This document shows positions 35,771-41,983 of a stretch of DNA of 41,983 nt, piece after piece. The first letter of the stretch is position 1. Each line of letters opens with the position of its first letter. The stretch is from Klebsormidium nitens. Lineage: Eukaryota; Plantae; Klebsormidiophyceae. The notes under the pieces were generated by a model. That model worked only from the letters and a program-made list of their open reading frames with translations. It made no database searches and was not told the DNA's origin. Where the stretch lies: contig DF237654.1 of the NCBI GenBank assembly GCA_000708835.1, positions 1 through 41,983 on the forward strand, in the 5' to 3' direction. A program made the position numbers and the translations under genes.

Positions 35771-38700
35771 ATGGTTCAATTCGAGCAGTACACATGGATT
35801 TTTGCAATCGGGACCATTGTCAGTTTCGTCTGCGCCTTTGGGATTGGCGCCAACGATGTGGTGAGTACTCATCTTTATGAAGACGTATGCTTACGTACTC
35901 ACAAGTCAGGCAGTGAGTCTCCCATTGGGCAAAAGTTGCATGTTCAAGTGTGGGAAAGTCGACTGAGAGTTCTCCGTAGTTAGTTTCATCCTTTCAGGAA
36001 TCGGCGCCACTGATGTGGTATACACTGACGTTTCGGGAGCGTACATCTGCATACTCTTTATGACTGCAGGCTAAACTGTATTTTCCATCGTCCAATCTTT
36101 GTGTTCTCCATCGGGACGAAAAATGAATGTCCAGATGGGAAGGTCGACCACAAGTTTTCAGATACCTGATTCCATCACTGGCCGTGAAACGTCCGCTTTC
36201 TGCGCTTTGTGGTGTATTATGTCTCCTCCGTTACTCAACTTCGAGGTCATTGCTCGCCCAAAACTGAGCACACAAGCTACCCCACCAGCTGACACGATTT
36301 CGGCGGTTCGTCTTCCATCAACGACTCGAAACGTCGGCTCTTCCAGCTCTCTGGCGGTTTTGTTTGTCTGGGGCACGTCTTGTTTACGTCGGTCCCAAGG
36401 AACAACCAAAGCAAGAGCGAAAGTTCTGGAATTGCCCCACAGGCGCCGGATCCTGTACTTCCTCCGGTTGTTTCATTTCCCTCCCACTTTTTCCACACGT
36501 TGTGAAGGATTTGGCTGGTGTAACCTTCCATCCATTGGTTCAACGTATGAGGGTTGGCGTAAGTTTCATCCATCAGTTCCATGTGTTTCTTGGTTGGCGT
36601 AAGTTTCATACAGTGCCTGGATTTCATGCATGCGGACTACTTCACTTCTCCGTTCATTCTCAGTTCTCTCCGTCTTCTTCCGCATGCAGGCCAACTCGTT
36701 CGCCACTTCGGTTGGGTCCCGAGCGCTGTCCATGCCCCAGGCGATCATGATAGCAGCGGTCTGCGAATTCCTGGGGGCGTTGCTGCTGGGAGCCGGAGTC
36801 ACTGACAGTAAGCGCAAAGAAGCCTGTTTAGGCGCCGAAACATGTGTTTGTGGCGTAGAAGCAGGTGTTTGAAAGGTTGAAGCATGTCTTGTCTAAGTTC
36901 GTGCTCCAGTGTTCCAAGTGTTCCAGTATTTCAAATCTTCGAGCCCTGACTCTTTCCCCTCGTGACGCGATCCGTGTTTTACATTCTGGAGTTTTGGTTT
37001 GCCCGAAAACGGGAGCCTTGTTTTCGAAACGTCTTCCATTGCTCTGCACGACAAACAATAAAAGAGGTGCAGAACCCAGTTCTGGGCGATTAAGTTCCCA
37101 ACAGCTCTGAGCTTAGTCCGACACGTCGAGGCCACTGGTTTGCCGTCGAATGAAGATCACCTCGCGCTTACCGACTTGTTGGCGCCTGATCTGCTTGCCG
37201 TTCCTTCTGCAGCTGTGAAGAATAAGATTGCCAACGTGGCGCTCTTCAACAACACCCCAGGTTAGCGACCTCCCCTTTCACCCTTGATTCGCTTCGAGCG
37301 CAAGGATCAGGCATCTCAAAACATGCTAGAGCTCGATTCGACGATTCTTTCAGCGACTTTCGTCACGGTCATGTGACATGCATCGTTCTCCACTCTGCAT
37401 GGAGAATCGGGCTCGATTGAACAGCGCCTGTCACATTTGAACCTTGGGACCCTTTGAAGAGGCGGGCCTTCTGAAACGCCTCCATGCAATCAACATAGCG
37501 ATCAGCATAATGCGCTCTTGACAAACTTGCCCAAATGGCAAAGCGTTTTTTCCCCCTCCGTGCGCAGAGCTGCTGATGATGGGCATGCTTGCGGTCATGA
37601 TCACGGCGGCCTTTTGGGACAACTTCGCGTGTCACTTGGAGCTGCCCGTCTCGACCACTCACACCACAGGTAAGCCGACGCTCTCCGTGGGGTTTTGTCG
37701 ATCTAAATAGAATCTATCGCGCAATCAGTGACTCAGGGACCAAATCAGAGATGAATTCAGAAATCTCTTCAGAGGTTCGAGTGAGCTTTGCGGAAATTCT
37801 GCCCTGGTGAATTGCGAAACTCGATTGAGCCATTTCAGGATCTCGCTTTTAGAAACCCTCCCTGAACTCTCTCTCTCTTTTCAACCTCAGTCGAACCCCG
37901 AAACAGTCGAACCCCTTTTCAGGGTTCTCGCTTCCCAGAACTCTCCCAAAACGTTTCCCAACCTCGATTGAACGCATCCAGCGCAACTGGCCAATACTGC
38001 GCTGCCAATCCCTGGTTTGTATGTTAGCTGTCTCCTCTCATTCACGAAGCCTTCTCCGTGTTTAAAAGAATTTTGCTCCTTTCACAGTCGGTGCAATTGT
38101 GGGCATGGCCTGGGTCATTCGCGGACGCTACGCGGTGGTGTGGAGCAAGCTGAACATCAACACTGCGACGGGCGACAACGATTTTCCATACCTCAAGGGC
38201 ATGAGCATCATCTTCCTCCAGGTTAGTCAAGTCGTTGGAATCAGTTCTAATGAACCTAGTTTATCGTATAAGACACCCTGCCTGAGACGGGTGGGGTTAG
38301 CAACGGGGTTAGGGTGAGCACTGGTCTCAAACGAGTCCAACGTTTGGAGTTCAGGTTTTCAGTGTGTTTGCTGCGTTCTTTTTTCAAGTTGAGCTCTTAC
38401 GAACCATTCTAAAGAATCAAGTGTGCCCCACTGTCTGACATTCGGACTGTTGCGTGCGTACCAGCACACCTCTTTCTGATTCTAGGAGTCACGCAGACGG
38501 CTCTCATGCAGTCACGTTTGTCATGCCTGCTGTCCGGATGCTACTCTCCGTGCTAGTTCTAAAAGCTCACTCTGTTTTCTTGTGCCTTTGCGCAGTGGAT
38601 CGTGTCGCCCCTCAGTTCCGGCGTTCTGGTCGCGATCCTGTTCTTCCTGCTGCGCACCTTCGTCCTCCGCTCGCCGCACTCTTTCATCCGCGCCTTCTAC

Positions 38701-41700
38701 GTGAGTCGTGCTTCTCCCTTAATTGCCACTTTACGGCTCCACCTTCCTACGGTCCCAAGGGAAATCGGAAGGAAGCCCAATGGCTGTGGCGCTCTATGTG
38801 GATCACATTTAAAAATGCTTTTCCCGAAGTTTGCTTAGCAGCTCTTTTTGTAGCACCTGATTGCCCTCTTGATAACCTCAATTTGAGTTACAGCGATTAT
38901 ATCAGGGAGTACGGAAGAGAAGAGCGTTTGGATCGCTGATCCCTCCACCGTGACCGGATTTCCAGAGGACTGTTAGCGAAAACAAAAAGCTCTGACTTGC
39001 AGACTGTGGCTGACTCGGATCTACGTTGTTGCTTTGAGACGTGAGTGAGACAATGACGCTTGTGAAGGCGTGACCAAACATTCTCCTGTTGTGGGTTTGT
39101 CGAGTGAAAGGTCCCAACTCCGCCGAATGCAGTTTCTAGTGTGCCCTAGCTAACAAACGTATGTCGTCATCGCATGCAGCTGTTCCCGGTTCTGGTGGTT
39201 GCGACTTTCTTCGTGGTCGTCATGTTCATCATCCAGACCGGCAACAAGAACTCCAGCTGGGAAGTGAGTTGCCCCATTTGAAACGCTTTGCCTGAACACC
39301 TTTGGAATGTTGAGAGTTCTGTTACCCAGACCTTTCTCCGATGCAAACCTTCCTTTCGTGCTCGGCTTGGCTGTCACGACGGTGCACAACAGCTGTCGTT
39401 TGCTGAGTTTTCGAAATAAGCTTCGTCTAAACCCAATTTGCTGGATGTTGTAGTCCTGTTCCCTCTCGATCTTTCACCAATACTCTTCTCGAATCAGGCT
39501 TTGCTTGTCTGTCCACAATAATCAGCATCTGTTTGTCGCCAACTGTGCTTGTAGACGTCATCTTTCGTGCACACTCGTTCCACGAACCTCAACTGCTTTT
39601 ACGTATTGATGACGTCCACTTGTCTTGCTTGTTGCACATTAGCCGCCGCACTCGGTTCAGTACCCTTTGCGCTTGCCGACGTCATCTTCCGTCCGACGAG
39701 TCTGAACAGATTTCCCAACGCCTCGGACGTCCGCTTGTCTTGCTTGGTGCACACTACTTAGCCATCTTTGGCTTGCTGACGTCATCTTCCGTCCGACGAG
39801 TTAACAAGCTTTTCAACCCCTCGGACGTCCGCTTCTCTTGCTTGACGCATACTACTTAACCATCAACTCGCTGACGTCATCTTCCGTTCGACGAGTCTGA
39901 GTCAACAAGTTTTGCAACCCCCTCTGACGTCCGCTTCACTTGCTCGCTGTCCGCAGAAAGTGTCCGACAGCAAGAGCGTGTGGGTTAGCGCCGTGGTTGC
40001 TGCCGGCATGGGCGTGCTGACGGTGGCTGTCATCATGCCGTTCCTGTACAAGGCGGTCCACGCCGCAGACTCTGAGAGGGAGCGGTGAGCGCGCTTCTTT
40101 CCGCTTCGATTGTTTCCGCTTCGATCAAGATTGTTAGTGGGCGTCCTGGAACCCGGGATACCTGACGTCACGTAACGACATCGAAGCATGATTCTCTGGG
40201 GTCCTGTTGCCAACAACTTGGTTTTGGAGTTTGTACCCCGAGCACTGGGCCCTGCTAAATGTGACCGGGTGATGACGTTGCGTTGACGCTCTCTTTAAGC
40301 AAACAAGTGATAGCATCGTAAGACTCGTGCGGTCGACTTTGGACGTTCTAAACCCGGACGGGCAAACCCGAATCTCAATTTCGGGACTCGGTTAAGTGGT
40401 ATACGACTGCTCGAACGCGTCGGTTTTAGATGTCGCATGCAAAGTCCCACCAGGTGACGGTTTTTACACACGCGCTCATTCCGCCGCAGAATGGATCTCG
40501 TTGCGCGTTGGGCTTGACTTGCTATTGCGGACAGTAGATAAGATGGGTTTTGTAGTGCTTCTTCTGAAACGGCGGACAGTTAAGAAGATGGGTTTTGTAG
40601 TGCTTCTTCTGAAACGACACCTGTTATACTTGCAGCTTTGAATCCGATCGAAGTGGGTTTGCCGTGCTTCTTCTGAAACGACACCTGTGATTCTTTCAGC
40701 TCTGAAGCTGACCGGCAAATGGAGGCCGCCCTTTTCAGTCCTCTTTGACGCTGTTTTCCCAGCGTGGGTGTAGGACGAAACGGGCGATAAAGTGGGCTCT
40801 GACGTTCATAACTTAGTGTCGAAACCGGCGATCATGCAAGGGGGCCTTTGCAGTTCATCTGAAGCGACACCTGTCATGTTTGCAGCGTTGAAGCTGACCA
40901 GAAAATGGAGGCCGCCCGGATCGAGGCCGGCGAGCTCGATCCCAAGGAGGCCGCGATCATGCGCGCGCAGGCCAACGAGCAAGCAGCCCTTCAAAGTGAG
41001 ACACGTGTCCCTTCGTCTGCTGTGGCGTTAAGAGATGGACGAGCCGGACTGGTGGTTGCGTCTTACCTGTCCAGAGCAGAGCAGTGTGTTTCAAATAGAG
41101 CGAACTGACGAGGAGGTAATTGAACTTCAAAAGCTTGGTTAGGGCTCGGATTAGTGTTTGTGGGTCTACCAACTTTTCTTTATCTCTTTATTCATGGCAG
41201 ATTCGCTGATGACTGGGTTTATTTATGGAAATTCGCTGATGACTGTTGGCGGCTCTCTTTGGAGCTGATGCCAGAGAGCTGACGTCAGAGCGTATATTCA
41301 CACCGCTGGCTGTCGCTGACGTACACCTCATCGTTTCGACGCGCGCAGGCAAGGACACCATGTGGCACCGCTCCATGGAGAAGTACGGTGTGAATAGGTT
41401 CGCGCAGACGAACGCGGGCAAATTCATCTTCGGCAACGCGTTTGTCAAGACCTTGACGTACGGCGCTTCTTACGACGTTCATTCCGCCATCGGGAATGAC
41501 ATCCGCGTCGGGACGATCTGGGAGGGAGCCGAAGTCTTCGATTTCAAGACGGAGCGCCTGTTCCGCTACCTCCAGGTGCGTGTCGAACAGCGGAATGGAA
41601 GCGAATCCGTTGATTCGGAGTCAACACCCTTGCAAAGTAGCTTTGCAGTGACGACACGGAAAACCGCTCCTACTCCAGGGTCCGACGTTAGAGCGAAAGT

Positions 41701-41983
41701 GCCTGGGTCTTTGGTTGTCTGCTCACGTTCTGCTTTGAACTTAGCTTGCTCAATTTTTGAGGCTACCGACCCCTCTATCGGTATGATTGAAAGTATTTCG
41801 GAGGCTTTCGAGGGAATATAGTATGACGTTCTCGTGTTGTCTGCCATTCTGATGTGCATGTCAAGACCAGGAAAGAAGCGCAACCGCAAAAATTTCAACG
41901 TCCTCTGCTCTGCATTCACTGCAGATCTTCTCTGCTATGGTCATGTCTTTCGCCCACGGGTCCAACGACGTTGCCAACGCCAT
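35771..41983 (+). CDS. PTB: PiT/PHO4 (SLC20)-family inorganic phosphate symporter, PTB type; 3'-truncated by the window end
   Basis: Exons 35771-35860, 36690-36807, 37213-37260, 37568-37669, 38088-38221, 38596-38700, 39180-39263, 39957-40084, 40886-40995, 41349-41575 and 41925-end are phase-compatible. Both family signatures are present (GIGANDVANSFATSVG and FAHGSNDVANA), plus LPVSTTH, WIVSP, AEVFDFKTERLFRYLQ and multiple hydrophobic segments. The PTB subfamily label is from motif recall. Confidence 0.93.
36552..36609 (+). repeat. 18-bp direct repeat (40-bp period) containing GTAAGT, in transporter intron 1
   Basis: GGTTGGCGTAAGTTTCAT at 36552 and 36592. Confidence 0.8.
39554..39956. repeat. 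Four degenerate tandem copies (~95-125 bp) ending at a splice acceptor
   Basis: GACGTCATCTT(C/T)CGT...GACGTCC(G/A)CTT unit starts near 39554, 39678, 39778 and 39874; the last copy runs into the CCGCAG acceptor at 39956. Confidence 0.85.
40527..40920 (+). repeat. Nested tandem duplications of the acceptor and start of transporter exon 40886-40995
   Basis: CTGAA(A/G)CGACACCTGT...CAG|C.TTGAA or CTCTGAA occurs three times; 40698-40732 CTCTGAAGCTGACCGGCAAATGGAGGCCGCCC copies the exon start. GATGGGTTTTGTAGTGCTTCTTCTGAAACG is also duplicated. Confidence 0.85.

Overview
Eukaryotic, intron-rich genomic DNA with GT-AG introns, CTAAC branch points and GC3-rich exons. The intron style and a PTB-type phosphate transporter suggest a green alga, possibly a Klebsormidium-like streptophyte (inference only). 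Four spliced genes could be assembled by hand with consistent exon phases. (1) A 5'-truncated Cys-rich, probably secreted protein (45-4214, +) with an in-frame TAA in one exon. (2) A ~1780-aa, 16-exon coiled-coil/disordered protein (8461-23684, +) whose 2.25-kb exon encodes 13 acidic-turn-basic repeats and which carries two LC8-type motifs (KATQTD, AGVQTE). (3) The SWI/SNF subunit BAF60/SWP73 (24620-29180, -). (4) A PiT/PHO4-family phosphate symporter (35771 to the window end, +). A complete non-autonomous CACTA-type element (CACTG ends, AAC target-site duplication) lies at 6236-7206. The most striking window-wide pattern is repeated local tandem duplication of splice junctions and intron ends in all four genes, leaving decoy acceptors, a decoy donor and a pseudo-exon. 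No RNA genes or CRISPR arrays were recognised. All family assignments come from motif recall, not database searches.
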